Counted from the stretch's first letter, positions 27,887 through 39,200 are shown. The stretch is DNA of 64,000 nt from Patescibacteria group bacterium (GCA_049322955.1 JBMOPU010000033.1:784-64783), one strand, 5' to 3'. The notes: generated by a model from the sequence alone, not told the origin. Made by a program: numbers and translations.

Positions 27887-28381
27887 ATGAAAACCGTATC
27901 ACTAGAAGAAATCGAAACTATCGCAAAACAATTGGCTCAGGAAAAAAAACAATGGCATTATCATCTCCTGACTCCGACGTGTCAATTCAATGAAGCAACG
28001 AGTCACGCGTTCGTATTGGAGAATAGTTCTGACCAGGAATATTACGTGTATTATTCCGATGAGCCCGCGATGGCGTTAGGAAAACGCCTGTTGAGTATCC
28101 TGCATGGGGAAGACATCCTTGCCCAAAAAACAACTGACGTGCTCTCTCCCGCAATAGAAAATATCATCCGAAAAGCCCGGGAATTAAACACCGCCGAAAA
28201 ATTCTGGCACCATCATGTCTTTTTTCCAACGTGCAGATATAATCGTCATCCCGGGAAGTGGAATATTACCTTTGAAAATCAGCAGGAAAAGGAAGTGTTG
28301 GAAAGCTTGAGTGATACTAATCCGAAACAAGACCAGAAGGAAATCGAACGACTTTATTATCAGCAGAAAACGCTTACATAA
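27887..28381 (+). CDS. hypothetical protein with duplicated W-H-x-H-x3-P-T-C-x2-N motif
   Basis: ATG 3 nt after the tRNA 3' end; two repeats WHYHLLTPTCQFN and WHHHVFFPTCRYN about 75 aa apart. Confidence 0.35.
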   Translation: MKTVSLEEIETIAKQLAQEKKQWHYHLLTPTCQFNEATSHAFVLENSSDQEYYVYYSDEPAMALGKRLLSILHGEDILAQKTTDVLSPAIENIIRKARELNTAEKFWHHHVFFPTCRYNRHPGKWNITFENQQEKEVLESLSDTNPKQDQKEIERLYYQQKTLT

Positions 28382-28393
28382 GCATTACATTGT

Positions 28394-28942
28394 ATGAAAG
28401 AACTCGTGGTTCTCGTTGACGAGCAAAATAATCCGATAGGAACGGCCGATAAAGATACGGTGCATACGATCGATACCCCTCTCCACCGGGCATTTTCGCT
28501 ATTTTTGTTTAACTCCAAAGGACAGGTACTCCTGACCAAGCGCGCATCAACAAAAAAAACGTTTCCCGGAGTGTGGACAAATACCGTATGCGGACACTTG
28601 GCTCCCGATGAAGATGTCGTGAGTGCGGCAACGCGACGACTTTCGGAAGAACTCGGCATTACGGGAGTTACGGTGAAAGAAGTTTCTTACTACCGTTACC
28701 GGTTTGCCGACCGAAACGGTATCATGGAAAACGAAATTTGTCCGATCACCGTCGCAACCTACGACGGAGATCCCCATCCGCACCCCGGTGAGGTTGATGA
28801 GTGGCGATGGACGGATTGGGAGGTGTTTCTTACGGAGTTAAAAAATAATCCCGAACCGTACTCGCCCTGGTGCAGGGAGGAAGCGGTTATCCTCACAACA
28901 AAACTTCCACCGATAAATCAGGAGTCGCATTCACTTCGGTAA
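28394..28942 (+). CDS. idi: isopentenyl-diphosphate delta-isomerase type 1 (NUDIX family)
   Basis: NTVCGH (catalytic Cys), RRLxEELGI, W...E; 182 aa. Confidence 0.7.
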   Translation: MKELVVLVDEQNNPIGTADKDTVHTIDTPLHRAFSLFLFNSKGQVLLTKRASTKKTFPGVWTNTVCGHLAPDEDVVSAATRRLSEELGITGVTVKEVSYYRYRFADRNGIMENEICPITVATYDGDPHPHPGEVDEWRWTDWEVFLTELKNNPEPYSPWCREEAVILTTKLPPINQESHSLR

Positions 28943-29999
28943 CCGGAACGGGTACCCCGCGAAAATGCGCGTAACTTGCGATATATACGGCGTTGTCCGT
29001 ACACAGCGACACCGGCGGTACATGGAAGTCTACCGGAGCGGCGAGTAGTGCTATTTTTTGAAGGAATTTCTCCCGCAGTCTCAGATTGGCGGACACGCCG
29101 CCGGAAAGGAGAATTGCTTTTGCGTTGTGGAGTGCAACGGCTTTCAGTGTTTTTTTGACCAATACGTCCGTTATCGTTTCCTGTACCTCATACGAAAGCG
29201 CGGCCACCATATCATCGGAAAGCAGGTGCTGTTCGCCAAGCGCGGTTACTTTTCGGAGTATGGCGGTCTTGAGTCCGCTAAAAGAAAAATCCAGGACATG
29301 CTCGTTTGAGAGCATGGGAATCGGGAGCGCCTTGCCGGGTAGAGGAGAGATGTCGGTTTTTTTATAGCGGGTAGCCGCCTCCTGTATGGCAAGCCCGCCT
29401 CCGTGTCCGAATCCCAGTAAGCGTGCCGTTTTATCAAAACATTCACCGGCCGCGTCATCAATCGTCCCTCCGAGCCATCGCATTTCCTTTTCGTTGTTGA
29501 GGAGATATAACTCCGTATGTCCTCCCGAAACCACCAGGGATATTGCCGGAAATTGTATGCCTGGCTTCTCATACGTTCCTGCGGTGTTATTTTCGTTACG
29601 TTGTTGAGGAGTAACGAAGTTGGCGTACATATGGGCAAGCACGTGATTGACGGGAATAATCGGTTTGTTGGTAACAAACGCAATCGTTTTTGCCGCCTCG
29701 ACGCCGACGAGCAGAGATCCGATCAGTCCCGGTCCCACGGTTACCGCTATGGCATCGACATGTTCGCGGATTTTTTCCATCATGCTCTGGGAAGCGTAGC
29801 CGAGCGGAAGCAGGCTTTCGGTGATTGTGGGAATGACGGATTCAAGTTGCATTCGTGCCGCGACTTCGGGTACGATACCGCCGTATTTTTCGTGCATCGC
29901 ATGACTGGTCGCCACGACGGTACTTATTATTTTCGTGCCGTTTTCTACGACGGCGGCGGCAGTTTCGTCACAGGATGATTCGATGGCGAGAATACGCAT
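28893..29999 (-). CDS. tsaD: tRNA N6-adenosine threonylcarbamoyltransferase TsaD (Kae1/Gcp)
   Basis: MRILAIESSCDETAAAV N-terminus; HxxH and GGV motifs; 3' end overlaps idi convergently by 50 nt. Confidence 0.9.
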   Translation of the reverse strand: MRILAIESSCDETAAAVVENGTKIISTVVATSHAMHEKYGGIVPEVAARMQLESVIPTITESLLPLGYASQSMMEKIREHVDAIAVTVGPGLIGSLLVGVEAAKTIAFVTNKPIIPVNHVLAHMYANFVTPQQRNENNTAGTYEKPGIQFPAISLVVSGGHTELYLLNNEKEMRWLGGTIDDAAGECFDKTARLLGFGHGGGLAIQEAATRYKKTDISPLPGKALPIPMLSNEHVLDFSFSGLKTAILRKVTALGEQHLLSDDMVAALSYEVQETITDVLVKKTLKAVALHNAKAILLSGGVSANLRLREKFLQKIALLAAPVDFHVPPVSLCTDNAVYIASYAHFRGVPVPVTEVNATPDLSVEVLL

Positions 30000-30153
30000 G
30001 GCCCTATTTTACTACAAGAGAACGGAAGCTACTCATACAGCGTCGCTGTAGCGGTACAATCATCGCGAAGCGCACAAGACGGAAAAAAAGATGCATTCGT
30101 TAGCACGTACGCTTTTACTATACGTGTGCGGAATCACCGCGTGTCGGTATCAC

Positions 30154-30570
30154 TTATTCAAGCTCAAGGAGCTTGGCAAGTTGTGAGGTGGATGGCGTAT
30201 GTATTTTGGGAATTACCGCGATGGTAGCCCCGATTGCCGCGGCGTGTTCCCGTTTTTTTTCTTCCATCGGATCGCCTTCGGTTATGGCGATGATGGAAGG
30301 TGCGATGCGGGTAACTAAATCCCGGTATTCCGCGTCGCTGTTCATCGGCGGCAATGAAATCACTTCGCTTACCGCAGATAGCGACAGAAGCATCGCCTTT
30401 CGTTGTTTCTGCGTATGAATCGGTCTGGTGGATCCCTTCATTTTTCGCACGTTTTCGTCCGATTCAAGCGCTACGACCAAATGGTCTCCGAGCGCCCGAG
30501 CCGCGGTCAAAAATTGGGTATGTCCGTAGTGAATAAGGTCAAAACATCCGCCGACCAATACGTTTTTCAT
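30154..30570 (-). CDS. cytidylyltransferase-like nucleotidyltransferase (TagD/RfaE domain II-like)
   Basis: GGCFDLIHYGHTQFL (HxGH motif); 138 aa. Confidence 0.6.
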   Translation of the reverse strand: MKNVLVGGCFDLIHYGHTQFLTAARALGDHLVVALESDENVRKMKGSTRPIHTQKQRKAMLLSLSAVSEVISLPPMNSDAEYRDLVTRIAPSIIAITEGDPMEEKKREHAAAIGATIAVIPKIHTPSTSQLAKLLELE

Positions 30571-30571
30571 A

Positions 30572-32011
30572 TTATTGCGGCGTCACCCCGCGAAGATAGA
30601 CGGCTTGCCAAGGACGATAGTTGGAAGTGAAAACCGTATCCTGCAATACTTCGTTGCCCCGTGTTACTTTGTAGGCAAACGATGCCTTTGCGCCCCATGC
30701 CGCCCAATCAACCTGACGGACCACGCCCGGAGGAAGGGTGGGATCGTCCTGATAGGAAGGGGGAGGCGGCGGTACTTCGCCGCCGACGACATGATTTGTT
30801 ATTTCACTGCTTCTGCCGTCATGGGTGCCGTAGAGTTCAAAGGTCAGGGTCAAATTCTTGGTATCGGTCTTTGTTTGGATGAGTATATGTGCCGGGGTGT
30901 CGTTTTTGATTTTGAGATCAACGGTGGGAGAGAATACGGTGGCATCGATACCCGCTTTAAATCCGCCTTCTTCATAATAATGTACCCGATATGCGTGCGC
31001 GTGCCGTTCGACGATGGGAAGTCCCGCCGCAAGTGCCGATCGGAAGAGGGTCGTGCTTACCTGACACACGCCGCCCCCGTCTCCCAATACCGTTCTTCCT
31101 TCTTTGATAATGTATGCGGACTGATATCCGGTTGCCGCCGAAATATCCCCTATGGCATCAACGAACGAAAACGTTTCTCCCGGAGGGATGAGCACGCCGT
31201 TTAATCGGCTTGCCGCAAGCGCGACGTTATGGATTCTTCCCGGAATTGATCCGGTAAATTCCGAATATCCCCGACCGATAAGTTCCTTGATTCCGAACGA
31301 ATTGATTTTTTCGGTGGTGGCAGTGGGATGGATCGTGTAGACGGGAACGGCGATGACAATGTGGAGTTGTGGTGCATGGGGTAATGCTTTGACGGCGGAT
31401 TCAAACCGTGCCAATGCTTCCTCCTTTTGTACCGCCTGGCCGTTTTTCGACGCGCGAAACGCGGTTACCTTGCCGTTTTCAAACTGAAATAATCCTTCCT
31501 GAACGGGGACGTCTATCTGTTCCGCAAGAGAATTTACTGCTTCTTCCACAAGACCCGATTGCCATCGGAAATACGGCGTAAGTGCTATCGTGCCGCGGAG
31601 AAACTTGGTGGTAAAGTCCCGCAATCGGTTTCCGGTTCGTCCGATTTCATATGCCTGGGTAGCGGAAAGCGTTGCATCATACCCGAGATCAAGCGCGCTT
31701 CCCGAAACCGTCGCGATATGACCCTCATATTTGAACTCAAAAACCGCCTTGGCAAACGGGATGTTTTGGTTTTGCCAATATTGTTCGACTTCCTGGGGCG
31801 TTTTTCCGCCGACGCGGACTCCGTCAATAACGACGTTGGGGTAAATTTTCCCTTCGTAATACGCATCAAATGCGGAAAGACCGACGCCCAAAGAAACGGC
31901 GACAAGAATAACCCCGAGAAGTATCCCGCGAAGCAGGCCTCCGGTTGTGCCGGGATGCGATGTCCTCGCTTGAGAATCGTGTGTCATGCTATGATACATT
32001 GTACCGTACAT
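30572..32011 (-). CDS. VanW-family protein, membrane-anchored
   Basis: N-terminal TM; VanW core GDGGGVCQVSTTLFRSALAAGLPIVERHAH. Confidence 0.55.
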   Translation of the reverse strand: MYGTMYHSMTHDSQARTSHPGTTGGLLRGILLGVILVAVSLGVGLSAFDAYYEGKIYPNVVIDGVRVGGKTPQEVEQYWQNQNIPFAKAVFEFKYEGHIATVSGSALDLGYDATLSATQAYEIGRTGNRLRDFTTKFLRGTIALTPYFRWQSGLVEEAVNSLAEQIDVPVQEGLFQFENGKVTAFRASKNGQAVQKEEALARFESAVKALPHAPQLHIVIAVPVYTIHPTATTEKINSFGIKELIGRGYSEFTGSIPGRIHNVALAASRLNGVLIPPGETFSFVDAIGDISAATGYQSAYIIKEGRTVLGDGGGVCQVSTTLFRSALAAGLPIVERHAHAYRVHYYEEGGFKAGIDATVFSPTVDLKIKNDTPAHILIQTKTDTKNLTLTFELYGTHDGRSSEITNHVVGGEVPPPPPSYQDDPTLPPGVVRQVDWAAWGAKASFAYKVTRGNEVLQDTVFTSNYRPWQAVYLRGVTPQ

Positions 32012-32015
32012 TACT

Positions 32016-33590
32016 ATGGATCCAAAAGACCCACAAACGCCGGAGGCTCCTCCGGTTTCCGGAGGAATAGGGATCGCCGAGCCTATTTTTCAGGCTCCGC
32101 AGGAACCAGCGCCGGATACCATCGTCATCCCCCCGGTCGAGCCGGGAGCGCCGGTAACACCGGGTGCCGTATCGGCACCCGCGCCCGCTTCAGTACCGCA
32201 TGAAACGGTCAATCCGTTTATTCCGAACCTTGCCGTACCGCCCCAGCCGGCGGCGCCTACAGGAAAAAGCCCCGTGCTCCGTATGCTTCTCGTGTTTGGT
32301 GGCGTTATTCTCCTTATCGTGCTGGGTATTTTCGGCTATCGTGCTTTTGCCGGCGGCGCAACGCCGACACAAAAAGAAGTTACCTTAAACTATTGGGGAC
32401 TGTGGGAAAATGATGCGGTTACCCGCCAGATGCTGGCAGATTTCGAAACAACACATCCTGGAATCAAAGTACAATATACCTCCCAATCTCCCAAACAGTA
32501 TCGCGAGCGGTTGCAGTCGGCAATCAACAGGGGAGAAGGACCCGACATATTCCGTTTTCACAACACCTGGTTGCCCATGCTCAGAACCCAGCTTGCGACG
32601 GTTCCTCAGACGGTCATGACACCAGCGGAATTCAGTAGCACGTTTTTCCCCGTGATAAATAACGATCTTGTCGCCGGCAATACGATTTTCGGTATTCCGC
32701 TTATGATCGACGGGCTCGGGTTGTACATAAATGACGAACTTTTTGCGACGGCAGGAGTGACTCCTCCCACGACCTGGACGGATGTCATAAACCTTATTCC
32801 GCGATTAACGGTGAAAAACGGTACCGCCATAGTGACGGGAGCTATTGCGCTGGGTACCACAAACAATGTCGAGCACTTTAGCGACATATTGGCGGTAATG
32901 TTCCTCCAAAACGGCGCGAGTCTGAAAAAACCGATCGGAAAAGAAGCGGAAGGTACGCTCGTGTTTTATCGAAAATTTGCCGATCCTTCCGATCCGCTTT
33001 ATACCTGGAGTGACGGTATGGATAATTCTATTTCCGCCTTTGCATCTGGCAGAGTGGCGATGATAATCGCTCCGTCATGGCGGGCACATGAAATCGCCGT
33101 CATCAATCCGAAACTTCGCTTTCATATCAGTGCTATTCCCCAGCTACAGGGAAATGCCGTTGCGTGGGCGTCCTATTGGGTTGAGGGAGTTTCTTCAAAA
33201 AGTCCGAATCAGGCGGCCGCCTGGGAGTTTGTCAAATACTTAACAAGCAAGGAAACCGCGGCAAAGTTCTACACGGATGCGGCGGCAACCCGGTTATTCG
33301 GTGAGCCGTATGCCCGCATGGATCTCGCCAATACGATTATTGACGACCAGTATTTGGGGGCCTACGTCAAACAGGCGGTGTACGCGAGAAGTTTCCCCCT
33401 GGCGTCCAGAACCTTTGATAACGGCATAAACGACAAACTCATCCAATACCTAACCGACGGGGTCAACGGGATGACCACGGGCGGTTCTCCCACGCAAGTA
33501 CTGACGACCGTCAATCAGGGGTTCCGTCAGGTACTTTCTTCCTATGGCATTGCAACGGATGACGAACCTCAAACAAGTCCTGCCCCGTAA
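32016..33590 (+). CDS. extracellular solute-binding protein (ABC transporter SBP family 1-like) with Pro-rich N-terminus and TM anchor
   Basis: LNYWGLWEN...; size and pattern of sugar-type SBP; no permease or ATPase gene adjacent. Confidence 0.45.
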   Translation: MDPKDPQTPEAPPVSGGIGIAEPIFQAPQEPAPDTIVIPPVEPGAPVTPGAVSAPAPASVPHETVNPFIPNLAVPPQPAAPTGKSPVLRMLLVFGGVILLIVLGIFGYRAFAGGATPTQKEVTLNYWGLWENDAVTRQMLADFETTHPGIKVQYTSQSPKQYRERLQSAINRGEGPDIFRFHNTWLPMLRTQLATVPQTVMTPAEFSSTFFPVINNDLVAGNTIFGIPLMIDGLGLYINDELFATAGVTPPTTWTDVINLIPRLTVKNGTAIVTGAIALGTTNNVEHFSDILAVMFLQNGASLKKPIGKEAEGTLVFYRKFADPSDPLYTWSDGMDNSISAFASGRVAMIIAPSWRAHEIAVINPKLRFHISAIPQLQGNAVAWASYWVEGVSSKSPNQAAAWEFVKYLTSKETAAKFYTDAAATRLFGEPYARMDLANTIIDDQYLGAYVKQAVYARSFPLASRTFDNGINDKLIQYLTDGVNGMTTGGSPTQVLTTVNQGFRQVLSSYGIATDDEPQTSPAP

Positions 33591-33597
33591 GTGAACC

Positions 33598-34479
33598 ATG
33601 CGCGCCGTGTATCATCATGAACTCGCAACGCTCGCGTATGCGGATGTATTTGATTACCCCCTTACCAAAGAGGAATTGTCGTTGTGGCTTATAAAAAAAC
33701 GTGCGATGTCTCCTTCGTTTTTCCGGTATGTTTCTTTTCGTGACGGCTTCCTGACGCTTCCGAAAAGGCGTGCGTTGGTACAGCGTCGGAGAAAACGGGA
33801 AATGTATGCCAAAACAAAATGGGAGTTTATCCGAAGAGTTGCCCCGTTATTCCGTTTGGTTCCCACCGTGACGCTTGTAGGGGTTACCGGCGGGCTTTCG
33901 ATGAATAACGTAAAGCATGACGATGACATAGACTTATTTTTTATCGTCCGTCCCGGAACGCTGTGGCTCAGCCGTTTGATGCTTACACTTCTTGCGGAGG
34001 CGTTACGAATACGGCGGAGGCCGCAGGAAATCGCGGTCGCCGACAAGGTATGCCTTAATATGTTCATGGAAGAAGGATCGCTTGCACTTCCGCGAAACGA
34101 ACGTGATTTGTTTAGTGCGCATGAAGTGCTCCAGATGGTGCCGTTATGGCAGAGGGGGAATAGTCATCAAAAAATGCTGTCGAGTAATCGTTGGGTATCG
34201 CACTACCTTCCTAACGCCTGGCGACACAAAACGGGACATATGTCCACACGCGGGAAAAATACCCCGGACATCGCATGGTGGCGGTGTCTTTCTCCTTTAG
34301 AACCTATAGCAAAAGTTGCCCAGTTGCATTACATGCAAAAGAGGCGTACAAATGAAGTGATCCGATACGGTATGATTCGATTTCATCCTTCGGATGCCCG
34401 TCATTGGGTACGGGAAAAGTTGTCGTCCCGTTTTCAGCACTGGCATATCCCTCTTGACAACTTTTTTTATCACCGATAA
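33598..34479 (+). CDS. nucleotidyltransferase-domain protein (Pol-beta superfamily)
   Basis: GVTGGLSMNNVKHDDDIDL matches the minimal nucleotidyltransferase motif GSxxxGx(n)SDxDL. Confidence 0.45.
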   Translation: MRAVYHHELATLAYADVFDYPLTKEELSLWLIKKRAMSPSFFRYVSFRDGFLTLPKRRALVQRRRKREMYAKTKWEFIRRVAPLFRLVPTVTLVGVTGGLSMNNVKHDDDIDLFFIVRPGTLWLSRLMLTLLAEALRIRRRPQEIAVADKVCLNMFMEEGSLALPRNERDLFSAHEVLQMVPLWQRGNSHQKMLSSNRWVSHYLPNAWRHKTGHMSTRGKNTPDIAWWRCLSPLEPIAKVAQLHYMQKRRTNEVIRYGMIRFHPSDARHWVREKLSSRFQHWHIPLDNFFYHR

Positions 34480-34482
34480 AAT
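34454..34482 (+). promoter_or_regulatory. sigma70 promoter of the groES-groEL operon
   Basis: TTGACA, 17 nt spacer, TAAAAT. Confidence 0.55.
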
Positions 34483-34508
34483 AGCACTCACTTCGAAAGA
34501 CTGCTAGT
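34481..34508 (+). promoter_or_regulatory. CIRCE-like inverted repeat (HrcA operator)
   Basis: aTAGCACTC-N9-GAcTGCTAg versus consensus TTAGCACTC-N9-GAGTGCTAA; overlaps the -10 and +1. Confidence 0.65.
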
Positions 34509-34556
34509 ATTTTATACAAACCAGTAGTCATATATATATTTAAAAAGGAGGTAGTT

Positions 34557-34868
34557 ATGGCAAAACAAACCATCACACCGTTATTTGATAATGTCCTCAT
34601 TAAGCCTCTTGAGGCGGAACAAAAACTTCCCTCCGGGATCATTCTTCCCGATAGTGCAAAAGAAAAACCCCAGGTCGGAGAAGTCATGGCGGTAGGTCCG
34701 GGAACCGACGGATGCGACTGCGATGACAAAGAATGCCGCAAAGGTGCAATGGTCGTCAAAGTAGGGCAGAAAGTCATGTACAAAAAATGGGGCGGCAATG
34801 AGATTAAAGTGGACGGCAAAGAGTGGACCATCGTCGAACAGAAAGATATTTTGGCTATCGTCGAATAA
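34557..34868 (+). CDS. groES: co-chaperonin GroES with Cys-containing insert
   Basis: AGGAGG RBS; GroES fold pattern; CDCDDKEC in the roof-hairpin region. Confidence 0.85.
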   Translation: MAKQTITPLFDNVLIKPLEAEQKLPSGIILPDSAKEKPQVGEVMAVGPGTDGCDCDDKECRKGAMVVKVGQKVMYKKWGGNEIKVDGKEWTIVEQKDILAIVE

Positions 34869-34884
34869 TAAATCTTATTTATAG

Positions 34885-36549
<1,665 letters not shown>

Positions 36550-36580
36550 ATCCATCATAATGAATAACGAGTAATACATA

Positions 36581-36607
36581 AAACCCCCGGAGACCCCGGG
36601 GGTTTTA
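36581..36607 (+). terminator. rho-independent terminator of groESL
   Basis: aaaacccccgg-agac-cccgggggtttt. Confidence 0.7.
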
Positions 36608-36623
36608 GTAGAAAAAGAAAAAT

Positions 36624-37208
36624 ATGAACTGGATGAATATTTTAGAAAATGCCTTGGGAAATGCCGCGGCAGATATCATGGTTGGGATATTAATTACTGT
36701 ATTTATTACTAGATATTTTGAAAAATTAGCAGAAAAGAAAAAAACAATTGGAGCCCTAGTGCTTGTCGAATCAGAGATTCAAGTAAACACACACATCCTT
36801 GAGGATGTACTATATGAATTGATTCCAGCATTTGAAAATGCTCATAAACGAGGTGCAACCGATGAAATTCATGTATTACCAACTGAATTTGAAGATGCGG
36901 CGAGGTTTATTCGAATTCCTATTGATGGACTACTTTATCAATCATATCGAAACGAAGAAGAAACGATAGGAGCCTTACAAAACCATGCATTGGCAGAAAG
37001 AATAATAAACTTATACACAGTGGAGTATCATTATAAAATTCAGACATCTTTTAAGATGGAACAGTTAAATTGGTTGTTACTTGATAACATTAAAACTAAG
37101 CTAGAAGAGAAGATTAAATTATCGAAAGAAATTGATAATGAAATAAAAAATGAATTAATTAAGCAGAGAGCCAGGAATACATTATTTGAGACGCTATTCG
37201 CTTTGTAA
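36624..37208 (+). CDS. hypothetical membrane-anchored coiled-coil protein in a low-GC island
   Basis: N-terminal TM IMVGILITVFIT; Lys/Glu-rich helical C-terminus; local GC clearly below its neighbours. Confidence 0.4.
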   Translation: MNWMNILENALGNAAADIMVGILITVFITRYFEKLAEKKKTIGALVLVESEIQVNTHILEDVLYELIPAFENAHKRGATDEIHVLPTEFEDAARFIRIPIDGLLYQSYRNEEETIGALQNHALAERIINLYTVEYHYKIQTSFKMEQLNWLLLDNIKTKLEEKIKLSKEIDNEIKNELIKQRARNTLFETLFAL

Positions 37209-37209
37209 A

Positions 37210-37842
37210 ATGGGAGATCATATATTACATACAATCAATGTTTACAACAAAACCGCGCCGGAGTATGTTGCAAAGGTGCAGAAATATGCTCCGATTCCCG
37301 AGCGGGAGAAGTTTATTGCGTCGGTAAAATCTGGCGGTACGGTGCTCGATGCCGGGTGCGGGTCGGGGCGGGATGCAAATTATTTTGCCTCTCTTGGGTT
37401 TGCGGTGACGGGTATCGATTTATCGACGGGGCTTTTATCCTACGCCCGCGAGCATGCGGATCCCGGTGCAAATTTTTTAGAAATGGATCTTCGGGACATC
37501 ACGCTTACGGGAGCGTTTGACGGCATATGGGCATGCGCCTCACTCTTGCATCTGATGCGAGAAGAAATTGTCCCCGTACTCCACAAATTTCACTCGCTCC
37601 TTACAACAAACGGCACGCTCTTTTTACTGATGAAAGAAGGTACGGGAGAAAAGCTCGTAACCAGCGGCACGATCGAAGGGGATACCCGATTTTTTACCTA
37701 CTATAGTGCTGAAGAATTAAAAAAATTGTTAGCTAGCGCGGACTTCACTATTACTGATCAATCTACCTGGGATCAAAAAGAGAGAAACGAAGAACGTCCG
37801 CACGAGGTGTGGATCTCCACCTTTGCTACAAAAACAGCATAA
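37210..37842 (+). CDS. class I SAM-dependent methyltransferase
   Basis: motif I VLDAGCGSGRD; motif post-I; 211 aa. Confidence 0.7.
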   Translation: MGDHILHTINVYNKTAPEYVAKVQKYAPIPEREKFIASVKSGGTVLDAGCGSGRDANYFASLGFAVTGIDLSTGLLSYAREHADPGANFLEMDLRDITLTGAFDGIWACASLLHLMREEIVPVLHKFHSLLTTNGTLFLLMKEGTGEKLVTSGTIEGDTRFFTYYSAEELKKLLASADFTITDQSTWDQKERNEERPHEVWISTFATKTA

Positions 37843-38317
37843 CAAGAAGTAGCCCAAGCCAGAACGACAAAAACAGCTTCGGATTGGTCGACCAATTTGC
37901 ACCGTCGATGTGTGCTGCAGAAAACGGATACAGCAATCGCGTGGCAAATTGTCCTTCATGGGTGGGGATATCGATCAGGATATGGGAAAGATATGCAAAC
38001 GAAAAAATCACCCATCGCTCGGGGAAGAGAAAATACATAAGGGCGGTAAAAATTCCCGCGCCCACCAGTGAGTGAGTGTTTCGATAAAATGTCGCGTCGG
38101 TGTTGTTGGTGAATTTATTGGAGAGCAGCAGGCGGGTATAGGTTTTGATAAAGGTAGCCTGCGGATATACGATAGCCTCCCGAAGTTTCAACGCATAAAA
38201 CGGGAGTATACCTAAAATGTCAGGGAGGGTTGCGGCGATTGCCGTAGGCACCATATCATTCGAGCCAAAACTTTTGGTTATGGCAATACCGCTGACGGCA
38301 TGATACAAAATATCCAT
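37826..38317 (-). CDS. membrane-bound metal-dependent hydrolase-like protein (DUF457/YdjM-like)
   Basis: multi-TM; conserved His pattern HSLVGAG...SHILIDIPTHEG. Confidence 0.45.
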   Translation of the reverse strand: MDILYHAVSGIAITKSFGSNDMVPTAIAATLPDILGILPFYALKLREAIVYPQATFIKTYTRLLLSNKFTNNTDATFYRNTHSLVGAGIFTALMYFLFPERWVIFSFAYLSHILIDIPTHEGQFATRLLYPFSAAHIDGANWSTNPKLFLSFWLGLLLVMLFL

Positions 38318-38318
38318 T

Positions 38319-39200
38319 ATGATTCAATTTACCTTAGAAGAAATTATTACTCAAGACAACCTGGTACATCAGGGATTGCTTCACGTGCCGCCGCAGGCCA
38401 GCGGCAAGGTGCTCGTATGGATTCACGGACTCACCGGCACGTTTTACAGCAACGCCAAAAGCATGAACGGGTTTGCCGAGGAAGCGGCAAAACACGGCAT
38501 GGCGTTTGCCGCGTTCCATACCCGCGGTCATGATTATGTCACCAGTACCCACAAGATTGATCCGAATTCTCCGAAAGGTTATGTGCATGAAATGATCGGT
38601 GCGGGAGTGGAGAACTTCACCGACTGTGTGAAGGATATCGACGCCATCGTTTCCTTCCTTGCGGGGAAGGAACTTACGAAAGTGATTTTAATCGGACATA
38701 GCACGGGAGCCAACAAAGTTTGCTATTACGCGGGAACCGTTACCGACAACAGGCTTGCCGGAGTCGTATTATCCGGTCCTATGTCGGATCGGTATTCGGC
38801 AACGGATCCCGAAACCAACAAAAAGCATCGCGCGATTATGGAACAGAAAATCAACGAAGGGAAAGGCGATGAGTTGCTAACGGGGTTTGACTTTTTCCCG
38901 CTTACTCCCAAACGATGGATGAGTCTCTTAGCCGAAGGATCACCCGAGGATGTCTTTAATTATCATGATGAACAGGGCGCGCTTGCCACGTATGCACGTA
39001 TCACCGTGCCGTTGTTAGTCATGTTCGGGGGCAGTGACGAGCATGCCGACAGACCCGTACCCGAGATGCAAAAGGCATTTGACGCACATGCCAAGTCTTC
39101 CAAGTATAAAAGTGTAGTAGTTCCCGACGCTGATCACGGGTTCACCGGAAAAGAAAAAGTTTTTGTCGATGAAGTCGTCGCCTTTGCCGCATCACTATGA
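38319..39200 (+). CDS. alpha/beta hydrolase (esterase/lipase-like)
   Basis: nucleophile elbow GHSTGAN; downstream D and H. Confidence 0.6.
   Translation: MIQFTLEEIITQDNLVHQGLLHVPPQASGKVLVWIHGLTGTFYSNAKSMNGFAEEAAKHGMAFAAFHTRGHDYVTSTHKIDPNSPKGYVHEMIGAGVENFTDCVKDIDAIVSFLAGKELTKVILIGHSTGANKVCYYAGTVTDNRLAGVVLSGPMSDRYSATDPETNKKHRAIMEQKINEGKGDELLTGFDFFPLTPKRWMSLLAEGSPEDVFNYHDEQGALATYARITVPLLVMFGGSDEHADRPVPEMQKAFDAHAKSSKYKSVVVPDADHGFTGKEKVFVDEVVAFAASL

Noticed and set aside
32016-33590. Complete ABC transporter operon around the solute-binding protein
   Set aside because: No permease or ATPase genes are adjacent; only the orphan binding-protein call is supported.
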